From Macrostomum lignano (Eukaryota), in contig NIVC01004011.1 of NCBI GenBank assembly GCA_002269645.1, forward strand, positions 756 to 64,755: a stretch of 64,000 nucleotides of DNA. Direction: 5' to 3'. Shown piece by piece: positions 51,127-60,657 of this stretch. The notes under the pieces were generated by a model. The model worked only from the letters and a program-made list of their open reading frames with translations. It was not told where the DNA came from and made no database searches. Position numbers and translations under genes: made by a program. Position 1 is the first letter of the stretch, and the number at the start of each line of letters is the position of its first letter.

Positions 51127-51285
51127 ACCTGTGAAGTTCATTGATGGCAGGTGTAGCTCACCCGTATACCTCCCAGTAGTAAATATTGGTGGTAAGCTTG
51201 TTAATCCTTTTTGTAAGTCTAAAAATCCTCCTTCAAATACTAATTGGTCGAACCTTCGGTTCGCATGCGTCGCATGATTGCTCAT
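51127..51285 (-). CDS. Exon 1 of the PLA2-like/integrase gene (53 codons)
   Basis: TAAAAATG start. MSNH..EGGFLDLQKGL..GELHLPSMNFTG matches the N-terminal half of the Polinton PLA2-like domain. Confidence 0.88.
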
Positions 51286-51835
51286 TTTTAATAGCCTTAA
51301 AAATACATGATAGCACCAATTGTTTTGCAAACTCTTCAATGGTTGGTTGTTTAACTTTTTTATAGTTATTATCTACGCTAGTTAAGTATCTTTTATTTGT
51401 CCAATGTTCAGACTTTTTCATCTGATCTTCATCTTTGTAACTAAACGAAGAAGCGGAAATGAAATGATCAATATCTAAATTTCCAGTATAATCTTTTGAA
51501 ACATAATATTTTCTTGTGAAATTTAACCAATCAAAAAAGAATTCTTTTGTGCAATCAAGATATGAGATATAGTCCTTGTCATTAAAATTTTTCAACGCCC
51601 AATTTATTCTATTTCTAATTAAAACAATATGTTTGTAATTATCATCATTGTGATACTTGTTTTTTCTATATTCATTAAATTTATCTTTATTGTTTTTCAT
51701 CCAAATAGTAGATGAGGTATTATGACAAGATCGACAATCATTTCTAAATTTTTTTGAATCATTTCTCCAAAAATAAAATTCTTTCGTCATTGGTTTTTCT
51801 TGTTTACACTTAATACAAATCTTTTTAGGTTCCAT
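51233..51835 (-). CDS. Free-standing HNH endonuclease (NCLDV-type) with N-terminal zinc finger
   Basis: CIKC..CRSC zinc motif. IDHFISASSF..EHWTNKRYL..DNNYK resembles the IDHIxPxxxF..HYTNLQPL..DNxxK consensus of large DNA virus HNH nucleases. Confidence 0.72.
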   Translation of the reverse strand: MEPKKICIKCKQEKPMTKEFYFWRNDSKKFRNDCRSCHNTSSTIWMKNNKDKFNEYRKNKYHNDDNYKHIVLIRNRINWALKNFNDKDYISYLDCTKEFFFDWLNFTRKYYVSKDYTGNLDIDHFISASSFSYKDEDQMKKSEHWTNKRYLTSVDNNYKKVKQPTIEEFAKQLVLSCIFKAIKNEQSCDACEPKVRPISI

Positions 51836-51862
51836 TTTATAAAAAATAAATTTAACAATTAA

Positions 51863-52534
51863 TTAAACTCCAGTATGTCCAGCAGCTTTCGCAGCAGCTA
51901 AAACAAGTTTTCGCGGTGTTTTAAATCCTTCTCCAACAGCTGGTTTGTTATTTATAGAATTAACAATCCTTTTATACAAGCTGGTATTTTTAGCAGCTCT
52001 TACTCCCAACTCATCATAAAAAATTTTTGCACTTACTAATTCATCCCTAGTATATAATTCAGGGTTAAATTTTACCCTAGGGTTCATAACAATATTATAT
52101 GCTCCGCCCAATTCTCTATATAGTTCATTTCGATTTTTATCAACTCCACCAATTCGATAATTATTATTACCTAAATCTGTCACAGCAATACTAGTTGGTG
52201 CAGCTCTCGGATATTCATCAACTCCACCCCTTTCTGCAGCCCTAATCTCTGCAACTCTCAATTGAGCTTGATCAACATCATAAGCTGGCGGCTCATCCAA
52301 AATTTCATCCTCTTTTGGCTCCGTATTTTTAGCAATTTTTTCCAGAAGATCTTTATCTGTTTTTTCTAGTTCACTAATTTTCCCAGTAATAGGATTAACA
52401 AAAGGAGCAGCAAATCTTTCACCAGCTAATTGTATTCCTAACTTTCTTTTTTGTAAATTTCTAACAAAATCAGAATATCTTTGCTTCTCTTTATAAATCG
52501 CTAACTCTCCATCAACGTCCATAAATTGACTCAT
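51863..52534 (-). CDS. Conserved Polinton virion/core-type protein
   Basis: C-terminal GEG..LVLAAAKAAGHTGV resembles the LLxxxxAGNTG tail of a conserved Polinton ORF. Confidence 0.6.
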   Translation of the reverse strand: MSQFMDVDGELAIYKEKQRYSDFVRNLQKRKLGIQLAGERFAAPFVNPITGKISELEKTDKDLLEKIAKNTEPKEDEILDEPPAYDVDQAQLRVAEIRAAERGGVDEYPRAAPTSIAVTDLGNNNYRIGGVDKNRNELYRELGGAYNIVMNPRVKFNPELYTRDELVSAKIFYDELGVRAAKNTSLYKRIVNSINNKPAVGEGFKTPRKLVLAAAKAAGHTGV

Positions 52535-52568
52535 TTTTTAACATAAAAAACTTTTTTAACTTAAAAAA

Positions 52569-54038
52569 ATGGCTGAAACAAAAACTATGTGGAGTGATAA
52601 ATTTCATTTCAAAAAGCACCGACAGTATATTAATGAGGTCAGAGCAAGAGATTTAAATTATACCCTACCAACAAGTGATAATTCAAATAACTTTACTACT
52701 GGAACGGTAACTTTTGACATCGGCGCAACCAACACTATATTGGATATGAAAAATGCGTTTTTCCGCGTTAGATGGTTGTATACTAGAAATGATGGAACTG
52801 CTCTTGCAGCCGGAGATATCGCAGATCGATCCGGAATAATAATAGAAAATGATTGGTTTTATAAATGTTTTTCCCAAGCTCAACTAACTGTTAATGGTGC
52901 TGAGGTTGAGACATCATCAAACCCCGCAGAGATTAATGGAGTTTTAAAACATTTAAATTATACTTATTTATCAAAACAAGTTGGTGATAATGTTGGGTGG
53001 ATGCCGGATAAAGGTAACGGTCAAGCAGTAGTTTTCCCTAATGTACAAAACGCAGCCGGTGCAGATACTGCAGCGCTAATTGTTTACCTTAATACAAACA
53101 TAGTTCCAGTTGTAACCACTATGACTAATACAAAAGATATTAATACTGGTTTTATAGATCGTCAGAAAAATTCCCAGTCGCGGTTTTAACCACAGCAACA
53201 GCATATGAGCAGGACTTTTCAATCTTCCCGCTATTTGGGTTCTTCTCACCAAATCGGGTATGGAAAGGATTAAAATTTGGGATACAGTTGCAAATATCTG
53301 GTGGATATCAGCCTAGGATACTTTATGGAACCTCAATTTCAACCGATATAGCAGTTCGTATAGATTCAATTCAATTAGTCGTACCAACTATTGAGGTAAC
53401 AGCCCCACTTTTAAAACACATCGATAATCAGTTAACGCATGATCAGGAAATATTTTATTTGAATCGTAGACACTTTATGCGAACCATTAATAACAATCAG
53501 GATTCATTCCAGTGGCAAATACTGACATCAAAACGTCGGGTGAGATATATTTTTGTTTGGTTTAAATAACAAACAGAAGGAGTAAAAGAGCAAATGGGGA
53601 TTTATATTGGCTTCAATCCGGTGCCATAGCAGAACAAGCAGCCACCGCAACAGACAATGCGGCTGCAGCTATTAACGAGTTTAATGTTCAGAATATCCGC
53701 CTGCAGGTTGATGATCAATATTATCCGGTTAAAGACCCCTAAATTTAAATATAGCAAATAATAATGTTAATGATTTTATAAAATATTATCAAGATTATGC
53801 TAAAAATGAAGCGTATGCCGTCCCTCAGTACACACCCACAGAGTTTCTAAACATTCATCCAGTGGTTGTTTATGATCTAACGGCACAGAAAGAAAACGTA
53901 GCCAATATTGGACTTAATTATATGTTAGAGATTAATAAAACTGGTAATCAGGCACTTGACGCCCACGTATTGTTTCTAGAGGAATATATGTCAATTGCTA
54001 AAGCTGATGGCACGATTGTTCGGGACGCCCCGCTGTAA
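52569..54038 (+). CDS. Major capsid protein (double jelly-roll), with ~3-4 frameshifts in this sequence
   Basis: Segments join across 1-bp shifts: FSQAQLTVNGAEVE..; FPLFGFF..VWKGLKFGIQL; LNRRHF..RYIFVWF; NIRLQVDDQYYP; FLNIHPVVVYDLTAQKE..TAA at 54036-54038. Confidence 0.85.
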
Positions 54039-54087
54039 GCGGCGCAGGTCTCCGACCGTCGCGCCTATTTAAATTATTTCTTTAAAA

Positions 54088-54888
54088 ATGGTAAAGGCAA
54101 AACACGATAAGATATTTCCAAATGATCCTTTTCTTTGTTTAGTAATTGGTGGGTCGGGTAAAGGAAAAACACACTTTGTTTATGACCTGTTAACAACCGA
54201 TGGAATGCTATACTATAATAATTTAATAATTTATACTAACAAACCTAGAATAAAATATTATGAATTTCTTAAACATGGATTAAAAAACAAATTAAAAAAA
54301 GATGTCTTGTTTAGAATGTTAAGAGCATATGAGCAATATGAGGATGATGACGAACCGCGATTTAATCTAGCAGACATTGAGGATTTATGTAAAACAATGG
54401 CACAACAGCCAGAAAACATCACCGATCGCCCCGAAGGGTCGCGGACTTCGTCCGATCGAGCCCCAACTGTTAGAGTATCAACCCGATTAGCCTATGATCA
54501 AATTCCAAAACATGATAAAACACTAATTATTTTTGATGATTGTATTAATGACGGTGATCAAGAATTGCAAAAGGAAATTTTTGTTAGTGGTAGAGGAGAT
54601 GGAATTGGAGCTTTTTATCTAACACAGTCCTTTAGAGAATTAGAATCGATTATAAAAAAGAATGCAAGTTGTTGTGTAATGTTTGATTTAGATAACTATG
54701 ATCTACAAAATATTCACGCTAGATTTAATCCCGGGTTGGATGCAAAACCATTTAAAAGTATGTGTAAAAAAATTTGGGATGATAGCCAATACAAACATAT
54801 TTATATCAATCCGAGGTTAGAAAGGAAACATAGAATTTTAACAAATTTGATAAAAGAAGATAATGAGGAAGAAGAGGATCGTGCATAG
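54088..54888 (+). CDS. A32/FtsK-like DNA packaging ATPase
   Basis: Walker A GGSGKGKT, Walker B LIIFDD, FYLTQS motif. Confidence 0.92.
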   Translation: MVKAKHDKIFPNDPFLCLVIGGSGKGKTHFVYDLLTTDGMLYYNNLIIYTNKPRIKYYEFLKHGLKNKLKKDVLFRMLRAYEQYEDDDEPRFNLADIEDLCKTMAQQPENITDRPEGSRTSSDRAPTVRVSTRLAYDQIPKHDKTLIIFDDCINDGDQELQKEIFVSGRGDGIGAFYLTQSFRELESIIKKNASCCVMFDLDNYDLQNIHARFNPGLDAKPFKSMCKKIWDDSQYKHIYINPRLERKHRILTNLIKEDNEEEEDRA

Positions 54889-54927
54889 CACGCGTACCTT
54901 CGGTACGATTAATTTCCCACTATAAAA

Positions 54928-55713
54928 ATGACTACAAATTTAGATACTATAAAACAATTGGTAGATCGAACTAATTCAAAATTTAGTACAACATTACAGT
55001 TTATAATGACAACCAGCGAGCAACGGATTCAATTGCGCGATCCATTACAACTTGATCAAAGCCTAAGTTATCAAATAGGTTTAATACTATTTTCGGTTTT
55101 CAACATGCCTCAATTAATTAATGCAACAAATAATCAATTTAGATATTCTAAAGATTCCGGAGCCAATTGGACAACATTTAGCGTTAACCCAGGAGCGTAT
55201 AGCTATACTGATTTGAATGCTTATATAGAAGGAGAATTAACATCTAACGGCGATTGGGTAGCAGGAGCAATTGTTATAGGTGTTGATTTACCGTCTGGCA
55301 GATTCACACTATCACTAGGATCCGGATATCAGGTTGATTTCACAATTGCAAATTCACTCAGAACCATACTTGGATTTAATTCCCGAATAGTTACCACATC
55401 AAGCACCGGTGATACAGTTGGAAATATTGAGGGTGGAGTTAATACAATTAATATAACAACCGACATTTCAAACGGTGGTTATATAACAGACGATAACGGA
55501 GTTTTGGTTCAACGTGGAATTATTTATTCAATCCCATTTCTTGCTGTTCCAATTGGAGAGAAAATGATTGTATCACCTCAAACCCCAATATATTACCCAT
55601 TAAATCAATATAATGTTCAATCAATTTATATTAGGATTGTAGATGAAAGCGATAGATTAATAAGTTTTGGTGGGCAGTCAATAACAATAATTTTACGTAT
55701 AAAACAGGTTTAG
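54928..55713 (+). CDS. Minor capsid protein (penton)
   Basis: Typical Polinton penton: PLQLD..YQIGL, INITTDIS, IIYSIP..VPIGEKMIVSP..IYYPL..SIYIRIVDE..ISFGGQ. Confidence 0.85.
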   Translation: MTTNLDTIKQLVDRTNSKFSTTLQFIMTTSEQRIQLRDPLQLDQSLSYQIGLILFSVFNMPQLINATNNQFRYSKDSGANWTTFSVNPGAYSYTDLNAYIEGELTSNGDWVAGAIVIGVDLPSGRFTLSLGSGYQVDFTIANSLRTILGFNSRIVTTSSTGDTVGNIEGGVNTINITTDISNGGYITDDNGVLVQRGIIYSIPFLAVPIGEKMIVSPQTPIYYPLNQYNVQSIYIRIVDESDRLISFGGQSITIILRIKQV

Positions 55714-55757
55714 CCGAACCAAAGGTTCGAGGACTTTGTCCGTTTCCTATAGTAAAA

Positions 55758-55937
55758 ATGGGTAATAATAATAATAATTTAATAAAAAAACAATCAGAAA
55801 AAGTTAAAAAAGCTGAAGATAATTACGAACTAGAACTAGCAAAATTAAGGCAGTTACAAGCTGATAAAATAAGAAAGGAATTGTTAAAACCCACACCTAC
55901 GAAACTAACTAAAACCAAGAGTTTTTCAGGAACATAA
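55758..55937 (+). CDS. Small basic 59-aa protein (MGNNNNN..) below the ORF-track cutoff
   Basis: TAAAAATG start; its stop abuts the protease start (TAAAATG). Confidence 0.55.
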   Translation: MGNNNNNLIKKQSEKVKKAEDNYELELAKLRQLQADKIRKELLKPTPTKLTKTKSFSGT

Positions 55938-55938
55938 A

Positions 55939-56406
55939 ATGACCATGACGTGGGATGATTTTAAACAAAGATATGGAACGGACACAACAAGCAATATCGA
56001 ATTAACAAATTGGGCGAGGCAGTTAAAAATAAAACCATTCAGATGTGTTATGCGAGATGAGATCAAAGACTTACCACAATATGGATGTTTCATTGTTAAT
56101 ATTGAAACAACAAAAGAAAATGGTGTTCATTGGTCAGCAGTTTATTCAAAACCAAAACTTGTTTATTTTTTTGATTCATACGCGCTTCCTCCGTTACAGG
56201 AAATAAAAGATAAATTTAATCATACTAAAAATCGTTTATGTGGAGATCATCACGAACAATTTCAAACCTTTGATAAAAGTTATTGCGGGCAAGCGGCGTT
56301 GTATTTTTTATATAAAATTAATAACTCGAAGGAAACCCCCGAAGTATTTAAGAATATCATGCAAAGCATGCGTGCCGATGGCACGATTTTAGACTCTATA
56401 AAATAG
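55939..56406 (+). CDS. Adenain-like cysteine maturation protease
   Basis: GVHWSAV, YFFDSYALPP, Q..SYCGQAALYFL (His/Asp/Gln/Cys). Confidence 0.92.
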   Translation: MTMTWDDFKQRYGTDTTSNIELTNWARQLKIKPFRCVMRDEIKDLPQYGCFIVNIETTKENGVHWSAVYSKPKLVYFFDSYALPPLQEIKDKFNHTKNRLCGDHHEQFQTFDKSYCGQAALYFLYKINNSKETPEVFKNIMQSMRADGTILDSIK

Positions 56407-56416
56407 ACAGTAAAAA

Positions 56417-58460
56417 ATGTTATTTTCTGGAACACCCTCATGGAACGGAACAACAAGTAGTGGTGGTGGTGGCACATCTGGTGGAATAAGTGTTACCTTT
56501 GGAGATAATCGATATATTAATGAAGATGAAGGTTATAAAAAAAGTGAAGTTGATACTAAACTAAATTTAAAAAGAAATGTTGCAGATTCCTATACTAAAA
56601 CTCAAATAGATGATTCACTAAATCTGAAACGGAACGTAGCCGATTCCTATACCAAAACCGAAGTTGATAATTCATTAAATTTAAAACGCAATACAGCCGA
56701 TTCTATACCAAAACCGAAGTTGATAATTCATTAAATTTAAAACGCAATACAGCCGATTCTTATACCAAAACGAAGTTGATAATTCATTAAATTTGAAACG
56801 GAACGTAGCCGATTCTTATACCAAAACCGAAGTTGATAATGGATTAAATTTAAAAAGAGATGTAACTGATTCTTATTCTCGAACTGATTCTGATTCACGT
56901 TATGTTCAAACCACCGCAACCGGAAACCTAGATATGAGCAACAACCGAATTATAAATGTTTCAATTACAACTAGTGATTCAGTGGTTGATAAGAACTATG
57001 TCGATAATCAAGTTGCCACTCGTAGTGGTAATATTAATATGAATAATTTTAAATTAACAAATTTATTATTTGGAACAGAGAACGCAGACTCGATAACTCT
57101 AGGCCAAGTAAATGAGCGAGCGAGCTAATGCAACCGATATTTTTACCACGCCGCTTACATCAAATACTTCAAATCCTGATGTTGTTCTTACAGCATCTGA
57201 AAATGGCAACACAGCTTTTCGAGTTGGAGATGGAAGCCTTGCGACACAATGGTCACCAAATACCGGAACCACAACCAATATGGAAATTCAATTTGAATTT
57301 TTAGGTTATAATAGAAGAATATTTGAATTAAGAATTACAGGCAGTGAAACAATTGAGATACCCTCGGGGTGGTCGGTTCGCGCAAAAAATGTTGCTACCG
57401 ATTCATGGACGACATTAACTACGTCGGGATCACCAGTTCAAGCAACATCATTTGCTCTATCTAATTTAACGACTAATTTTTGGAAATATTATAGCGTATT
57501 CTTCCCAACTGGTGGTACCGGTACACAACCTATCGAGGTTCGTCAAATACAATTATTTGAACACCGTGTTGAAATTCAAGATCTTAATTGGCCAACTCAA
57601 ATACTTTCTGCAGTTCCGCGAGCGTACGTAGATCAGCTAGCTACTCCAACATCAAATGGTAGAATGTCTGGAAGCGATAAAAATAAATTGGATGGAATAC
57701 CTGCTATTGATGCGGCCTTGTTCGAACCAGTAATTTGCAATTGGTCTGGATATCAAAATCCAACAACCGCCGGAGATATATATCCAGTCGGTTCTTTAAT
57801 TGGTGACGCTTCTTATATCGATTATCAAAACGGCGCTAGAATTACTCGTGAAACTTCTGGAGTAAGTGGTGCTTTACAATTCAATTTCACACATTTTCAA
57901 AATATATCTGCGTCTTTCTTTTTCCGAGTTGCTAATGCTACAGGAGATGGTGCAGATGCGGTTTGGTTTTATGCATACTGTCACCAACGTCCAACATCGG
58001 AATTTGGATCTGGATTATCAACCGACGCCGGATTGATAGTTTTGCTAGTGAGTGGCATGATAGGTTTGGAGTTGTTTGGAGTAATAAAAAATCAGACGGA
58101 TCTACGGTTCGTAACGATGTTAGTAGTGATGCGGATCAAACTGTAGCCTATGCTAATATTGATAACGGCGATTGGCATTTATTTGAAGTTAATATTTTAA
58201 ATCAAAGGGTTTGGTACCGATTACAGTCATACAATGTTGCTGGTGATTCTTTTACCCTCATTGGACAGAACGTTTTCACATATGATAGTGGAACTTGGGG
58301 AACTTTAGATAAATCTGGAACCCTTATGGGTTTTGGTGCTCGAACTGGAGGATCGGATGCTGCACATTTTATTCGTGGTGCAGTTGTATGTGGTAGTACG
58401 TCGTTTGGTTATGTTTTTCCCTCTACTGCTTATTTGGAAAAACCTCCTACTCAAATATAA
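56417..58460 (+). CDS. Putative fibre/receptor-binding protein, split by frameshifts
   Basis: 16-aa shaft repeats RNVADSYTKTEVDNSLNLK; adhesin-stalk-like NLDMSNNRIINV and INMNNFKLTNL..DSITLGQV; F5/8 (discoidin)-like and legume-lectin-like beta domains. Confidence 0.65.
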
Positions 58461-58491
58461 AATATTTATATATAAAATATTTCTATATAAA

Positions 58492-58994
58492 ATGGCTTTT
58501 AGTAGAACTCCATCGATGCGGCAAAATAATGTTATTATTCCTATTCCTAAACAAGAATCAAATATAAAAACATTCAAATCTCATACCAAATTTTTATTTA
58601 GTACTGTAAATGTTCAGGATAATAAGAAGCTTCAAGAATTAATTAAGTTATTAAAAAATCATATTATACTTCAAGAGTTTTGGAAAATAGGATTTAAATG
58701 GGAGAAAAAAGAAAGAATCACTCCAATACAATACCTATTAAGCTCGGGCAAATCCCAAAGAGCGTGGGGAATTCATTTTGGTGCTATTAAAAATAGACGA
58801 GAATGTCGGTATCTGAAGCAGATAAATGGGAACGCGACCGGTTCAACCAACGTAAAGGTCAGATGTTAAGTAATGTTGATCGTATTAACTATGATTATGA
58901 TTTATATGCTAAAAAAGTAAGAAGAGTTTCAAACCATATAAGAAATATGGATTTTTCAATATTGGATTTGGAAGCTTATCAATGTTATGTGTAA
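58492..58994 (+). CDS. Polinton hypothetical protein (one frameshift)
   Basis: TAAAATG start at 58492; continues into ORF 58803-58994. Confidence 0.45.
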
Positions 58995-59458
58995 TCGTTT
59001 TAGGTATTTTACAATCTATTCCAACTCTTAATTTATCTCAATTATTTTTAGGTATTTCAATTGGCTCAATATCAGGTTTTGAATTGATCAGGAACTTATC
59101 AATACTTTTAGCAATTAAATTATATCTTAAAAAAAGAAAGGAAAAATATAAATCTTTAAGAGATGTTGCAAAACAATATAAAAATCAATTATATTTATAT
59201 GTGCAAAAAATATTGGATGACGGAGAGATAACGATTCATGAATTATCAACCGCGGTTGAATTATATGAAAAATATTTAAAAGATAGAAATAGAATTTTAG
59301 ATGTTGAAACTTTTACCGATATGGAATTAAAAGAGTTGAGACTCGATAAACCCAAAGCTCCACCGATAGAAACATTAGGCATTTACGAACCTGAAACTAT
59401 TGCTACTGGGGCACAAAGCCCGCGGTCAGGAAGTGCGGTAGAACTTCAGGTTGTTTAG
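58982..59458 (+). CDS. Polinton membrane protein (hydrophobic N-terminus + coiled coil)
   Basis: KILDDGEITIHEL..YEKY resembles the KALxDGxISxEEF motif of a conserved Polinton membrane-associated ORF. Confidence 0.55.
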   Translation: MLCVIVLGILQSIPTLNLSQLFLGISIGSISGFELIRNLSILLAIKLYLKKRKEKYKSLRDVAKQYKNQLYLYVQKILDDGEITIHELSTAVELYEKYLKDRNRILDVETFTDMELKELRLDKPKAPPIETLGIYEPETIATGAQSPRSGSAVELQVV

Positions 59459-59935
59459 TTTTTCTAATGCATATGTTATATATTCTTCCCAAAGTGGTAA
59501 CTCTCTTCTGATCCTAGGTTTAAATTTTTTATCAATACATAAAAATTCCAATGACTTTTTCAATAACATTTCGTTAGGTATGTTACCTATCCTTATAAAC
59601 TTTGTATTCTCTCGAATAAGAAAATTGAAATAATATCCAACTAAAATTAAAATCCTTTCGGAGTCTTTCGAACTTAATCCCTTTCCTTTATTTAAATGGA
59701 AAAAGTTATTATATAAATAAACATTATTTCCGGAATTAAAATTGGATCAGAAATGTCTCTTGTAAGATTTCTTAAAATTGTGTTTTTAAAATAGTAATAT
59801 GAGTTTTCAATCTTTTTTTTTTTCAAATTGATATATTTTAGAACATGAATAACACATATGATATATATCTCCGTTTGCTGTTTGCCCTCTGTGCATAGTC
59901 ACATTACATTTATTACAAACATAAATGTCTTTCAT
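59430..59935 (-). CDS. Frameshifted ORF with N-terminal zinc ribbon (CNKC..CYSC)
   Basis: Manual translation from ATG 59935; open after correcting shifts near 59815 (A-run) and 59715. Confidence 0.45.
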
Positions 59936-59961
59936 TTTTTTGTTATTTTTTTAGATTAAAA

Positions 59962-60279
59962 ATGGAGAGCTGGTTCAAAACCGATTCTAATGTGATTAAT
60001 TATCTCACACCCAATATGTTGGAGAATAAAGAATATAATATTATATGTTTGAGACAGGTTAAATTTATTGGGCTTCAATCAATATTTTTACAATTAGATG
60101 GGCAAAAAATTTTATGTCTAAGCGGAGATGATGTTAAAAATTTTCCTGTTTTAGTTATTAATAAACCTAAAGCGTTTGTTATGAAATACAGCAACGAGGG
60201 TGGATTGCAATTTAAACTAAAACAAACAAATAATAAAAAGAGTGATAGGACTGTAAAATTGGCGGCTGTTTGGGGATGA
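59962..60279 (+). CDS. Polinton hypothetical protein, 105 aa
   Basis: Intact ORF with TAAAAATG start. Confidence 0.55.
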   Translation: MESWFKTDSNVINYLTPNMLENKEYNIICLRQVKFIGLQSIFLQLDGQKILCLSGDDVKNFPVLVINKPKAFVMKYSNEGGLQFKLKQTNNKKSDRTVKLAAVWG

Positions 60280-60409
60280 CGATAAGTTTAAATTTTTTAT
60301 AAGAAAATGGATACGATAAAAATCCTTATCACTAAAGAGCGTGAACTTAATGATATTAATAAAAAATAAATATAATTATATCTCAGAAATATCATGAGTA
60401 TGGGACGAT

Positions 60410-60640
60410 ATGTTTCCCATCCGATATGAGATAGATAAAAGAAAACGTTTTTTAAGACAAGATATTGTTTATGCTGAAATAGTAATTGAAATTGAAATAG
60501 ATAGATTGGTTAGAAAAATAAAAAAACTTAGGAAAAAAATAAAGGATTGTTTAAGTTACCCTGATGACTGCGAGGAAAATTGGCTTCAATATTATATGAA
60601 ATCGAAATGGATATTATGCTTAAACAATTACATGCTTTAG
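60410..60640 (+). CDS. Polinton small hypothetical protein
   Basis: Basic coiled-coil-like ORF, convergent with PolB. Confidence 0.4.
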   Translation: MFPIRYEIDKRKRFLRQDIVYAEIVIEIEIDRLVRKIKKLRKKIKDCLSYPDDCEENWLQYYMKSKWILCLNNYML

Positions 60641-60657
60641 TTTTTTTATCGCGGATT

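Noticed and set aside
50824-51128. Spliceosomal reading of the insert (ACAG|GTTATC looks like a donor)
   Set aside because: No AG acceptor restores the TGPGT frame; nearby AGs lead straight to stops. The group I pairings explain the exact boundaries.
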